A DNA stretch of 50,459 bases from Prevotella sp. GTDB lineage: Bacteria; Bacteroidota; Bacteroidia; Bacteroidales; Dysgonomonadaceae. Under the pieces are notes generated by a model, which was not told where the DNA came from, did not search any database, and was given only the letters and a program-made list of their open reading frames with translations. The DNA is taken from positions 1 through 50,459 of the forward strand of contig JAITVV010000051.1 of assembly GCA_031285625.1 (NCBI GenBank), given 5' to 3'. Below are positions 10,709 through 20,306 of this stretch, piece after piece; position 1 is the first letter of the stretch; every line of letters begins with the position of its first letter. Both the position numbers and the translations under genes were made by a program.

Positions 10709-11779
10709 ATGAAATTAAACATTGCAGTACTCCCGGGAGATGGGATCGGACCTGAAATAATAGAACAGGCCTTGAGAGTGACAGAAGCCGTATGTGAAAA
10801 ATATGGTCACGAACTTAGTTATGAATATGGTTTGGTGGGTGCATCGGCTATCGATCAGGTTGGAAATCCATATCCTGATGGTACACATGAACTTTGTATG
10901 ACATCGGATGCTGTATTGTTTGGTGCAATAGGTGATCCCAAATATGATAACAATCCTTCAGCTAAAGTGCGTCCTGAGCAGGGGCTTTTAGCAATGCGTA
11001 AAAAACTGGGACTCTATGCTAATCTTCGCCCGGTAAGTACATTCCCGACTTTGATCCATAAATCACCACTTCGCTCCGATCTGGTAGATGGTGCAGATTT
11101 TATGTGTGTTCGTGAGCTGACCGGAGGTCTGTATTTTGGACGCCCTCAGGGACGTAGCGAAGATGGAGATACAGCTTATGATACATGTGTATATACCCGC
11201 GAAGAAGTAGAAAGGATCTTACACCTTTCGTACAAATATGCACAAATGCGCCGCAAAAAAGTGACAGTGGTAGATAAAGCAAATGTACTGGCTACATCCC
11301 GTTTGTGGAGGCAGGTGGCCCAGGAGGTAGAAAAGCAATATCCGGAAGTAGAAACAGAATATATGTTTGTGGATAACGCTGCTATGCAGATTATCCAATG
11401 GCCAAAACGTTTTGATGTATTAGTAACTGAAAATCTTTTTGGAGATATTCTTACTGATGAAGCATCTGTTATTACCGGATCTCTAGGTATGTTGCCTTCA
11501 GCTTCTATCGGTATCCATACATCGGTATTCGAACCGATACATGGCTCGTATCCGCAGGCAGCGGGAAAGAATATAGCTAACCCATTGGCTACAATATTGT
11601 CTGCAGCTATGATGTTTGAGTATGCGTTCGAACTGAAAGAAGAGGCCGAACTAATCCGTCAGGCGGTTGATGCTTCTATGAATGCCGGTGTGGTTACTGA
11701 AGATATTTCTCTGAAAGAAGGTAAGGTCCATTCTACATCTCAGGTAGGAGACTGGATTGTAAATTATATAAAAGGATAG
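10709..11779 (+). CDS. leuB: 3-isopropylmalate dehydrogenase
   Basis: [43 protein letters not shown] and EPIHGS motifs. Confidence 0.97.
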   Translation: MKLNIAVLPGDGIGPEIIEQALRVTEAVCEKYGHELSYEYGLVGASAIDQVGNPYPDGTHELCMTSDAVLFGAIGDPKYDNNPSAKVRPEQGLLAMRKKLGLYANLRPVSTFPTLIHKSPLRSDLVDGADFMCVRELTGGLYFGRPQGRSEDGDTAYDTCVYTREEVERILHLSYKYAQMRRKKVTVVDKANVLATSRLWRQVAQEVEKQYPEVETEYMFVDNAAMQIIQWPKRFDVLVTENLFGDILTDEASVITGSLGMLPSASIGIHTSVFEPIHGSYPQAAGKNIANPLATILSAAMMFEYAFELKEEAELIRQAVDASMNAGVVTEDISLKEGKVHSTSQVGDWIVNYIKG

Positions 11780-11800
11780 AAAACATTCGGATAATAGGCG

Positions 11801-11833
11801 AAGGCAGGCTAAAAGGTCTGCCTTTTCTTTTTT
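11801..11833 (+). terminator. Intrinsic terminator of the leu operon
   Basis: AAGGCAGGCT-AAAA-GGTCTGCCTT followed by a T-rich tail. Confidence 0.85.
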
Positions 11834-11904
11834 AACATTGATACATTCACATTTATTTATTTCTATGATCTATTTTTTATACTTTTGGGATTCAATTATA
11901 AAAA

Positions 11905-13701
11905 ATGTCACTCAAGAAATTATATAACAACTTCCTAGTCTGGAAAACCCAGAATGTAAAAGAAAAGCAAATAGTCTTATTTGTGAGTTTCCTTATCGGG
12001 ATATTTACAGCGTTGGCCGCTCTCTTACTTAAAACGCTTATACACCTTATTCAGCATGTTCTTACTTCTAATTTCCTTACCGAAGGGGTTAACTATATGT
12101 ATCTCATATTTCCAGCTGTGGGTATTCTCATTGCCGGATTATATGTGAAATATGTAGTAAGGGATGATATAAGCCATGGGGTGACAAAGATATTATATGC
12201 CATATCGCAGCGGAAAAGTTTTATTAAGCTACATAATGTTTATACCTCAATAGTTGCCAGTTCTGTAACTATCGGATTTGGGGGATCGGTAGGGGCGGAG
12301 GCGCCCATTGTGTTGACAGGTTCTGCCATTGGTTCCAATCTGGGTCGTTTCTTCAATGTAGAGCAAAAATATTTGATGTTGCTTATCGGTTGTGGTGCTG
12401 CAGGTGCCATTGCCGGAATTTTTAAGGCACCTATTGCAGGACTTGTGTTTGTTGTTGAGGTGTTGATGCTCGACCTGACTACATTTACGGTACTGCCGTT
12501 ACTTGTAACATCTGTCACTGCTGCTACCTTATCATATCTGACGATGGGTACCCGGGCCATGTTCAATTATGCCCATACGGATGCATTCTTATTTGAGCGT
12601 ATTCCTTATGTTATATTGTTGGGTATCTTTTGTGGATTGGTTTCATTATATTTTACCCGCGCAATGGGTTGGTTCGAAAATCAATTCCGTAAATTGACCT
12701 ATTGGCAGAAATTCGGAATAGGAGCTACCATATTGAGTATCCTTATCTTTTTAATGCCGCCATTGTATGGTGAAGGTTATGATACAATAGAGATGTTGAT
12801 AAACGGGCAGAAAGATTATTCTGCTTTATTGGATAATAGTGCCTTCTTTCAGTTCAAAGATTATCGTTGGACTATCATAATCTTTTTAGGAGGTGTCTTA
12901 TTGATGAAGGTATTTGCGTCCAGTGCAACCAACGGAGCCGGGGGTACCGGGGGAATATTTGCACCATCACTATTCTTAGGCTGTATTGCCGGATTTATTT
13001 TTGCTTTTGTATTGAACCATTCGGAGTTAACAGGCTTTGCTCCACTATTACCCGAAGAAAATTTTGCTCTGATGGGTATGGCTGGGGTGATGGCCGGAGT
13101 AATGCATGCTCCACTCACGGGAACTTTCCTGATTGCAGAACTCACGGGGGGATATGAACTCTTACTGCCTTTGATGATTGTGTCCATCTGTTCGTATGTG
13201 GTGATTAAGTTCTTTGAGCCACATAGTATCTATTCGATGCGTTTGGCAAAAAAAGGTGAGCTGATTACACATCATAAAGACAAAGCTGTGCTTACATTGA
13301 TGGACATTGAAAAATTGATTGAATCTAATTTCCAGACAGTTCATCCCGAAATGTCTTTGGGTGATATGGTAAAAGTGATTTCAAGCTCTTCCCGAAATGT
13401 GTTCCCTGTGTTGGATGATAAAAACCGTTTCCTGGGAATAGTGTTGATGGATAATATTCGTAATATCATATTCCGCCCCGAATTATATAGCCGTTTCAAT
13501 GTTTCCCGTTTTATGACATCTCCACCTGCTATTATTGTGGTGGGAATGACAATGGAAGCCATAATGAAAAGCTTTGATGAAACAAAGGCATGGAATCTTC
13601 CTGTTGTAGACGAGAATGATGTGTACTTGGGATTTATATCTAAATCTAATATATTAGACGTCTACAGAGAAGTTCTTGCAGATAACTTTGTGGAAGAATA
13701 G
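11905..13701 (+). CDS. ClC-family chloride channel/antiporter with C-terminal CBS pair
   Basis: GGSVGAEAP, GTGGIFAP and HAPLTG motifs; many TM helices; two CBS domains. Confidence 0.9.
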   Translation: MSLKKLYNNFLVWKTQNVKEKQIVLFVSFLIGIFTALAALLLKTLIHLIQHVLTSNFLTEGVNYMYLIFPAVGILIAGLYVKYVVRDDISHGVTKILYAISQRKSFIKLHNVYTSIVASSVTIGFGGSVGAEAPIVLTGSAIGSNLGRFFNVEQKYLMLLIGCGAAGAIAGIFKAPIAGLVFVVEVLMLDLTTFTVLPLLVTSVTAATLSYLTMGTRAMFNYAHTDAFLFERIPYVILLGIFCGLVSLYFTRAMGWFENQFRKLTYWQKFGIGATILSILIFLMPPLYGEGYDTIEMLINGQKDYSALLDNSAFFQFKDYRWTIIIFLGGVLLMKVFASSATNGAGGTGGIFAPSLFLGCIAGFIFAFVLNHSELTGFAPLLPEENFALMGMAGVMAGVMHAPLTGTFLIAELTGGYELLLPLMIVSICSYVVIKFFEPHSIYSMRLAKKGELITHHKDKAVLTLMDIEKLIESNFQTVHPEMSLGDMVKVISSSSRNVFPVLDDKNRFLGIVLMDNIRNIIFRPELYSRFNVSRFMTSPPAIIVVGMTMEAIMKSFDETKAWNLPVVDENDVYLGFISKSNILDVYREVLADNFVEE

Positions 13702-13746
13702 GCTGTTTTTCTGTCTGTTTACACAAATTATACAACTACTTACATC

Positions 13747-15441
13747 ATGAAAAATATAGCAGACCGGATTCTTGAATTTATTATCGAGGCTTTGGAAGAA
13801 CATCGCAAAAGCCTTAATGGTACGCCCGAAAGTATTGTGAAGCGAACCACTCTTCAGGCTGGGGTTGTTGATAAGTTCAAAATTACTTATAAAACAATCA
13901 ATCAAAGTACGTCTAAAACAGGAAATATTCTGGAGGCAGAAACCGGCTATAAGAAATATATAAGGAAAGAGTTACTGGAATTGGATATCCTAACAGTTGA
14001 GGATATAAGTGACCGATTAATTCCTTTATTAAAGGATAAAGTGCAAGAACAGATTGTATCACTATATGCCAATGATCCTTTTCTGGATTATCATTTCAAA
14101 CTGGTATTAGGGTTTCAGACTAAAGCTTTATTTGATAGTTATATTCTCTATGATGATGTAGATCAACAAAAGAAGAATTCTCTGAAAAAGAATGTTGAGG
14201 ATTATATAGAGAATAAGGTTATTAATGGAAAGTACCCGACAGATCATCTCGAAATATTTTTCCTGTCCAGGCATATTGTTTCTCCAGCACTGTACCCATA
14301 TCCTGATATTGAAAGGATCCGTCTTATATTTGAACGGATAACAGAACTCAGTAAAGGGAATAAAGATAAGCAAAGGACATGTCAAGGTGATATGGTCAGG
14401 AATCTGAATTCGTGGGTTATTAAAGATTTCTTTCCCAAGTATTTTGATTTGAAAGGACCTGACTACGATTTTACATATTCACTAAAAGAGAATGCAAAAG
14501 TTGAAGATAATGACTTAGCTCTTATTGATCTGGTTATCTACGCGTCTATACTCATTCTCAAATATGAGCCCAACTATTCGAGGGATAAGGGGATCAAATA
14601 CCTTAATATGCTTTCCGATCTAGGCTTTAAGCAAGCAAAAGAAATGCTGAAAACAGGTAGTGATACTTTCAATAAGGAAGATAAATATTATAAAGATAGT
14701 TCAATAGAGCTTTTAGCAAATGATGTCCTGGCTTTCTTTACAATAAATATTAAGGAAGAATCGGCAGGCAGCTACGGAAAGGCATTGGATTTTATCTGTA
14801 ATTTATTGCAAAAAGGATTCCCTAAAAGTTATCGGATTAAGCTGAAATCTAAGGAAAAAAACTTCCTTCCGGTAAAGAAGTTGGGTAAATCGCAAACTCA
14901 TCAGTTTTTTGCCAATGCTTTACAATATCCTGAACTTTATGATAAAATAGGTAAATATGCATCTCTGGTTGTGAAAAACGAGTATGAATGGTATGAAGAT
15001 GTAGAAGAGGAATATTGCGCCAAACCAGGAACATACGCGGTTTTCGGGCTTGGGCTATTAGATAAAAGATTTTTCCCGCTAGTGGCAGAATATATGGAAC
15101 ATACGGATGAAGAGCATCAAAGTGTACAAAATCAATTTACACATGCATTTATTCAAAAATATGGCGTTAATACCAATACGATTCCTGTATTGACAAGATG
15201 TTTTTTAGCTTGTCAGGATCATAAGACCCTGAAACTGTCAGCCCAATATGAAACCGAACAAAATTTAAAGACATTTCTTGAATCGATAGAAGGTTTGGAA
15301 GATTATCATGTATCACATCTTATCTTCTTTATCTGGGGCAAAACTGCCGATTTCCACAAAAGCAAGAAGAAGGCTACTCCTTATATTCAGAATCTTTTAC
15401 AACAGATAGAAGATAAGGCTGATATGAAATATCTTGGATAA
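13747..15441 (+). CDS. Hypothetical protein, DUF6138-like
   Basis: Long soluble ORF with EWY.D.E.E.C..PGTYAVFGLGL and D.EHQ motifs, which I recall from this uncharacterised family. Confidence 0.6.
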   Translation: MKNIADRILEFIIEALEEHRKSLNGTPESIVKRTTLQAGVVDKFKITYKTINQSTSKTGNILEAETGYKKYIRKELLELDILTVEDISDRLIPLLKDKVQEQIVSLYANDPFLDYHFKLVLGFQTKALFDSYILYDDVDQQKKNSLKKNVEDYIENKVINGKYPTDHLEIFFLSRHIVSPALYPYPDIERIRLIFERITELSKGNKDKQRTCQGDMVRNLNSWVIKDFFPKYFDLKGPDYDFTYSLKENAKVEDNDLALIDLVIYASILILKYEPNYSRDKGIKYLNMLSDLGFKQAKEMLKTGSDTFNKEDKYYKDSSIELLANDVLAFFTINIKEESAGSYGKALDFICNLLQKGFPKSYRIKLKSKEKNFLPVKKLGKSQTHQFFANALQYPELYDKIGKYASLVVKNEYEWYEDVEEEYCAKPGTYAVFGLGLLDKRFFPLVAEYMEHTDEEHQSVQNQFTHAFIQKYGVNTNTIPVLTRCFLACQDHKTLKLSAQYETEQNLKTFLESIEGLEDYHVSHLIFFIWGKTADFHKSKKKATPYIQNLLQQIEDKADMKYLG

Positions 15442-15469
15442 AACACTCTGTATATACAAATTATAAATT

Positions 15470-16756
15470 ATGGCAAAACAGCTCAAAGTAATAAAATGTC
15501 CTCAATGTGGAAGTGTAGATCATCGGCAAATCAAGGAAGATTATTATAAATGCCAGAATTGCGGGACTGAATATTTTCTCGACAATGATGATATAAATAT
15601 TAATGTTACTCACAGGGGCGATGGAAAGCCGGTTGCCGTAAATAATAAAGCTGTAATCTTTTCAGTGGTTTTGATTGCCCTTGTTTTTTTACTAGCCGTT
15701 ATAATCCCTTCACTTATGAAGAAACCTTCTAAAGGCATTTTCTCTGAATCGGCTTATGGTAGTGTAATGCTGGATATTCCGGTTGATATAAAAGGAAAAA
15801 TGTATTTGTTGACCATATCCAATGGATCTGATGGTAGCTTCTATTCATTTACAGACTTTGATACCCGTAAAATAGTAAAATCGGAGAAATTATTGGATGT
15901 AAATAAGCTGGGTATTTCTATCGAAGACCGCAATATACGTAAGTTCTCAAACGGGGATATCTATGTTGTCATTGATAAACAAAAGATATTCAAACTGGAT
16001 AATGACAATATGGAACTCAAAGATGTTACTGTCAGTATGTTTGAAGCTGATTCCCTTTACAAATCGGGTATAGCTAATATCGATCCTTTTGCAGGAAGTA
16101 ATGATGGTGATTGCTTTAAAGTGATGACAAACATGGGTAAGGAATATTATTTCTTTCCTCGAATTAAGCAAAGTTTTACCCAGAATGAATTATCAATTAA
16201 TGCTAGTGGTTCGAAATCATTACGGTCTGACTCAAAGGAGGCTGTAACATATATTTTTACAAAAAAGCAGTGGGAGTCTATGGAAATGGATAAAACCCAC
16301 GAATGTCAGTTGGTAAAGATCATATATCAGGATAATGCAGGAGGCCCGTCCAATACGTATTTCAGACCTCAGTGGCAAACCGAAAAAGAAGGTTTTAAAT
16401 TGGATTGGTGGGGGGCGTCCAAAGAGAGGATTGTGTCATATACTAATCTTACTCCCGACAGGTTGTATTTCAATCCTGAAATATTCTATGCAGATAAAGT
16501 TTTCCTGTTGGTAAAAGTAACAGCTACAGCTTCAAAAGAGTCGGCTTTCAGTCTGCAACGTATAAATACTGCCACAGGTGAATTGATGTGGACAATTCCT
16601 TTGGAAGTAAAAAATGGAAGATATATTTATTATTTCAAGAGAGCATTGCATACAGGTAACCGGTTTGCTTTGAAACTGAATGATGGGGTGAATTATTTCT
16701 TGGTAGATGATAATGGTGAAAATGCAACATATTTTAATCTGAAAGAAGATAGATAA
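15470..16756 (+). CDS. Zinc-ribbon + single TM + periplasmic domain hypothetical protein
   Basis: CPQC...CQNC at the N-terminus, hydrophobic helix at about aa 61-81, beta-rich C-terminal region. Confidence 0.75.
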   Translation: MAKQLKVIKCPQCGSVDHRQIKEDYYKCQNCGTEYFLDNDDININVTHRGDGKPVAVNNKAVIFSVVLIALVFLLAVIIPSLMKKPSKGIFSESAYGSVMLDIPVDIKGKMYLLTISNGSDGSFYSFTDFDTRKIVKSEKLLDVNKLGISIEDRNIRKFSNGDIYVVIDKQKIFKLDNDNMELKDVTVSMFEADSLYKSGIANIDPFAGSNDGDCFKVMTNMGKEYYFFPRIKQSFTQNELSINASGSKSLRSDSKEAVTYIFTKKQWESMEMDKTHECQLVKIIYQDNAGGPSNTYFRPQWQTEKEGFKLDWWGASKERIVSYTNLTPDRLYFNPEIFYADKVFLLVKVTATASKESAFSLQRINTATGELMWTIPLEVKNGRYIYYFKRALHTGNRFALKLNDGVNYFLVDDNGENATYFNLKEDR

Positions 16757-16873
16757 TTGGTAATATTTATCCTATCTGATTAATAAACTTTAATTAATAA
16801 GGAAAAAAACATAAAGTATGGCATAGTTTTTTATCTTTGTTTTTTCCAACAAATCCTAAATTGATAAGAAGTT

Positions 16874-17089
16874 ATGAGAATATTTATAGGTGTACTTTCA
16901 GCAGTGATTATCCTTACCGGAGCGACCTTAACTGTTCTGGCTTTGTGGGATATTAAACCAATAGAATGGAGTATTATATGGCGCTCAGGTGCTACAATAG
17001 CTATAGCTTGTATTACATTTCTTATTATGTGGCTGGTAAAAGTACTGTTCTTCAAGAAAGACCCTTTCAATCCATCGAAAGGTAAATAA
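16874..17089 (+). CDS. Small two-TM membrane protein
   Basis: 71 aa with two hydrophobic segments; TATCTTTG -7 box at 16832-16839 and a terminator downstream. Confidence 0.7.
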   Translation: MRIFIGVLSAVIILTGATLTVLALWDIKPIEWSIIWRSGATIAIACITFLIMWLVKVLFFKKDPFNPSKGK

Positions 17090-17125
17090 GATACAAAATA
17101 GGTCTTCGGCCTAAAAAAATAGTTG

Positions 17126-17161
17126 AAGCGTAAAGATTTAAAGCTAATCTTTGCGCTTTTT
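17126..17161 (+). terminator. Intrinsic terminator
   Basis: AAGCGTAAAGATT/AATCTTTGCGCTT stem plus T run. Confidence 0.8.
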
Positions 17162-17223
17162 CATATCTGACAGTATGTATTTGTTGCTACGCAAATAAAA
17201 GTGATAAATAGGTCTCTGACCTT

Positions 17224-17254
17224 TTTGGAGAGTCTTCTTTTATCCTTAAATTTG
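17224..17254 (+). promoter_or_regulatory. Promoter for fmt
   Basis: TTTG-N19-TAAATTTG. Confidence 0.6.
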
Positions 17255-17273
17255 CATAAACAATCAGAATAAA

Positions 17274-18245
17274 ATGAATAAAAAAGATTTACGTATCGTT
17301 TTTATGGGTACTCCCGAATTTGCTGTTGAAAGTCTGCGGGGACTTGTTGAAAACGGATATAATATAGTAGGTGTGATCACTATGCCTGATAAGCCGAGTG
17401 GGAGAGGGCATAAGATTCAATATTCAGCCGTTAAGAAATATGCGTTGGAACAGAGTCTTCCTTTACTACAGCCCGAGAAGCTGAAGGATGAAACCTTCCT
17501 GAGTGAGCTGAAAGCATGGAATGCAGATTTGCAGATTGTTGTTGCTTTTCGCATGTTGCCCGAAGTGGTTTGGGATATGCCGCGTCTGGGTACATTTAAC
17601 CTGCATGGATCTTTACTTCCTCAATATCGTGGTGCCGCCCCTATTAATTGGGCTATAATTAATGGTGACAAAGAAACGGGCGTTACCACTTTTTTCCTGA
17701 CTCATGAAATAGATACAGGTAAGATTATCCTGAAAGAAAAGATAAAAATCGGGGAAAATGATAATGCCGGAAAAATTCATGATGAGCTGATGTTAGTCGG
17801 AGCTGGATTGGTACAAAAAACAGTAGATCTGATCCTTGAGGATAAAGTGGATGCCATAGCGCAAGAGCAATTATTCAGCGATGAACAGAAACTGAGACCT
17901 GCACCGAAGATATTCAAGGACACCTGCCGTATCGATTGGAATAAACCAGCTATAGATATACATAACTTTATCAGGGGGCTATCTCCTTATCCTACAGCCT
18001 GGACAGAATTGCATATTGATGGTAAGGAACCTCAAATGGTAAAGATATATACCTCAGAGATTATTTTAAGTGGAAGCCGATCTTCAGTAGGTAGTATCAG
18101 TACTGATAATAAATCATATCTGCATATTGCCTGTACGGATGGGTACATCAGAGTAAAGGAAATACAGTTTGCCGGAAAAAGAGCAATGAAGATAGATGAA
18201 GTACTGAGAGGCTATAAGTTTGAAGAAGGTACTTATTTTAAGTGA
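17274..18245 (+). CDS. fmt: Methionyl-tRNA formyltransferase
   Basis: FMGTPEFA, NLHGSLLPQYRGAAPI and RGLSPYP motifs. Confidence 0.97.
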   Translation: MNKKDLRIVFMGTPEFAVESLRGLVENGYNIVGVITMPDKPSGRGHKIQYSAVKKYALEQSLPLLQPEKLKDETFLSELKAWNADLQIVVAFRMLPEVVWDMPRLGTFNLHGSLLPQYRGAAPINWAIINGDKETGVTTFFLTHEIDTGKIILKEKIKIGENDNAGKIHDELMLVGAGLVQKTVDLILEDKVDAIAQEQLFSDEQKLRPAPKIFKDTCRIDWNKPAIDIHNFIRGLSPYPTAWTELHIDGKEPQMVKIYTSEIILSGSRSSVGSISTDNKSYLHIACTDGYIRVKEIQFAGKRAMKIDEVLRGYKFEEGTYFK

Positions 18246-18279
18246 AATAACCTGTAAAACTTTATCTTATATAAAAACT

Positions 18280-18343
18280 AAAAGGTAACAGAATTGCAAT
18301 ATTTAAAAACAGATAAAAACCTGTTACTTTTGTCACTTTTTAT
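18280..18343. repeat. Palindromic direct repeat, copy 1
   Basis: AAAAGGTAACAGAATTGCAAT...TAAAAACAGATAAAAACCTGTTACTTTTGTCACTTTTTA, nearly identical to 19101-19162. Confidence 0.85.
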
Positions 18344-18358
18344 AAAAAATAAATTCAA

Positions 18359-19093
18359 ATGATGAGAAATATACTAATCATATTAGTTTTGTTACTGTCT
18401 GTAAAGATGTATTCTCAGTCTGTAGCAGAATACACTTTAGATATATATGATGAATCCCGGAGTCGACAAATACCATTAGCAATATATTCGCCTTCCCAAA
18501 ATTCTACGAAGTGTAAAGTTGTAATAATGAATCATGGATATGACCAGAATAGAGGAGGTGCCTATAAAGACTATTCTACAATTACGCGAAAATTGGCTTC
18601 GAAAGGATATTTTGTGATCAGTATACAACATGAACTTGCCGATGATGCTTTATTAGCTATGGAAGGTAATTTGTATGAAACGAGAATGCCTAACTGGCAA
18701 AGAGGCGTACAGAATATCTATTTCACTATTACTGAATTTAAAGAGCTCCGACCTGATCTTAATTGGGAAGATGTTAGTCTGATAGGGCACTCCAATGGAG
18801 GAGATATGGCTATGCTCTTTGCAAAGGAGCATCCACTGTATATTAAGCGGGTAATCTCGCTGGATCATCGGAGAATGCCAATTCCATTGAATAATGCACT
18901 TAAACTATATTCTTTGAGAGGATGCGACTTTGAGGCGGATGAAGGTGTACTCCCCTCAGTTGAAGATCAGCAGAAATATTCAATAAAAATAGTAAAGTTT
19001 GATGATATAAAGCATGGAGATATGGATGATAAAGGTTCTCCTGCCCAGCTTGAGCGAATCAATAACCTTCTTCTACAATATTTAGAAGATTGA
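18359..19093 (+). CDS. Secreted alpha/beta hydrolase
   Basis: Signal peptide, NHGY oxyanion segment, GHSNGG nucleophile elbow, C-terminal His. Confidence 0.88.
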   Translation: MMRNILIILVLLLSVKMYSQSVAEYTLDIYDESRSRQIPLAIYSPSQNSTKCKVVIMNHGYDQNRGGAYKDYSTITRKLASKGYFVISIQHELADDALLAMEGNLYETRMPNWQRGVQNIYFTITEFKELRPDLNWEDVSLIGHSNGGDMAMLFAKEHPLYIKRVISLDHRRMPIPLNNALKLYSLRGCDFEADEGVLPSVEDQQKYSIKIVKFDDIKHGDMDDKGSPAQLERINNLLLQYLED

Positions 19094-19100
19094 GAACATC

Positions 19101-19162
19101 AAAAGGTAACAAAGTTACAATCTAAAAACGGATAAAAGCTGTTACTTTTGTCACCTTTTTAC
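19101..19162. repeat. Palindromic direct repeat, copy 2
   Basis: AAAAGGTAACAAAGTTACAATCTAAAAACGGATAAAAGCTGTTACTTTTGTCACCTTTTTAC. Confidence 0.85.
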
Positions 19163-19186
19163 TGTAAATGCTTTAAAATAAATGAA

Positions 19187-20242
19187 ATGCAAAAAGTAAT
19201 AAAATCTTCAGATCTGAATAAAGATCTATCTTATATCCTTAGTCAGTTGTCATTTGATAAATTGTTTTTACTGACAGATGAAAATACGGAAAAGCTTTGT
19301 TATCCTTTTATAAAAGATAATGAGCAGATTACTGATGCCGGAAAGATAATAATAAAGGCAGGTGATGATAATAAGAATATTGAAACACTGGCTTCTATAT
19401 GGAAATATCTGTCTGAGAATGGGGCTACACGTCACTCTTTACTTATCAACCTGGGAGGCGGTATGCTTACGGATATTGGAGGATTTGCAGCTGCAAGTTT
19501 CAAGAGAGGGATTAAGTGTATTAATATTCCGACCACTTTACTGGGGGCGGTGGATGCAGCGGTAGGAGGGAAGACCGGTATTAACTTTAATGGCTTAAAG
19601 AACGAAATAGGTGCTTTTGCTCCTGCTGAAACAGTATTGATTGATTCGGTTTTTTTCAAAAGTCTCGATCATCAGAACTTCCTTTCCGGTTATGCCGAAA
19701 TGATAAAACATGGACTGATAGATAGTGATAAAGAATGGAAAGCAACCATATCTTTTGATACGGAAGAAATCGATTATGAAAAACTGAAACAACTGGTTGT
19801 AGATTCGGTAGCGGTGAAAGAACGTATTGTCGAGATCGACCCTTTTGAGAGAGGTATTCGTAAAGCCCTGAACTTGGGACATACTATCGGACATGCTTTC
19901 GAAAGCCTCTCTTATGAGTTAGGTAAACCTGTTCAGCATGGTTATGCCGTAGCATGGGGTACCGTATGTGAGTTGTACCTGTCCCACAAGTTTTGTGGTT
20001 TTCCTAAAGAGAAACTATATAAGACGGTTTATTTTATTAAAGACAATTACGATAGTTTTTATTTCGATTGCGACCATTATGACCGTCTTTATGAATATAT
20101 GAAACACGACAAGAAAAATGAATCGGACACTGTTAATTTTACGTTTCTTTCAGATGTGGGTAAGATTGAAATCAATCAGACAGCAGATAAAGAGGATATT
20201 TTTGATTCTATTGATTTTCTCCGCGAAAGTGTCGGGTTGTAA
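19187..20242 (+). CDS. aroB: 3-dehydroquinate synthase (start placed at ATG 19187 rather than TTG 19148)
   Basis: GGGMLTDIGGF, PTTLLGAVDAAVGGKT, LNLGHTIGHAFE and HDKKN motifs. Confidence 0.95.
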   Translation: MQKVIKSSDLNKDLSYILSQLSFDKLFLLTDENTEKLCYPFIKDNEQITDAGKIIIKAGDDNKNIETLASIWKYLSENGATRHSLLINLGGGMLTDIGGFAAASFKRGIKCINIPTTLLGAVDAAVGGKTGINFNGLKNEIGAFAPAETVLIDSVFFKSLDHQNFLSGYAEMIKHGLIDSDKEWKATISFDTEEIDYEKLKQLVVDSVAVKERIVEIDPFERGIRKALNLGHTIGHAFESLSYELGKPVQHGYAVAWGTVCELYLSHKFCGFPKEKLYKTVYFIKDNYDSFYFDCDHYDRLYEYMKHDKKNESDTVNFTFLSDVGKIEINQTADKEDIFDSIDFLRESVGL

Positions 20243-20279
20243 AATAAACCCTCCGAAAATCACTTTTCAGAGGATTTAA
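20242..20279 (-). terminator. Terminator between the convergent aroB and OMP genes
   Basis: Minus strand TAAATCCTCTGAAAA/TTTTCGGAGGGTTTA stem (G-U pairs) followed by TTTT. Confidence 0.65.
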
Positions 20280-20306
20280 TAGTGTTGTGAAAAATTGAAC
20301 TATGTT

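Noticed and set aside
18280-19162. CRISPR or IS interpretation of the repeats
   Set aside because: There are only two full copies, separated by a whole gene, with no spacers, cas genes or transposase.
19148-19186. N-terminal extension of aroB from TTG
   Set aside because: It starts inside the repeat/promoter box; ATG 19187 gives a normal AroB N-terminus.
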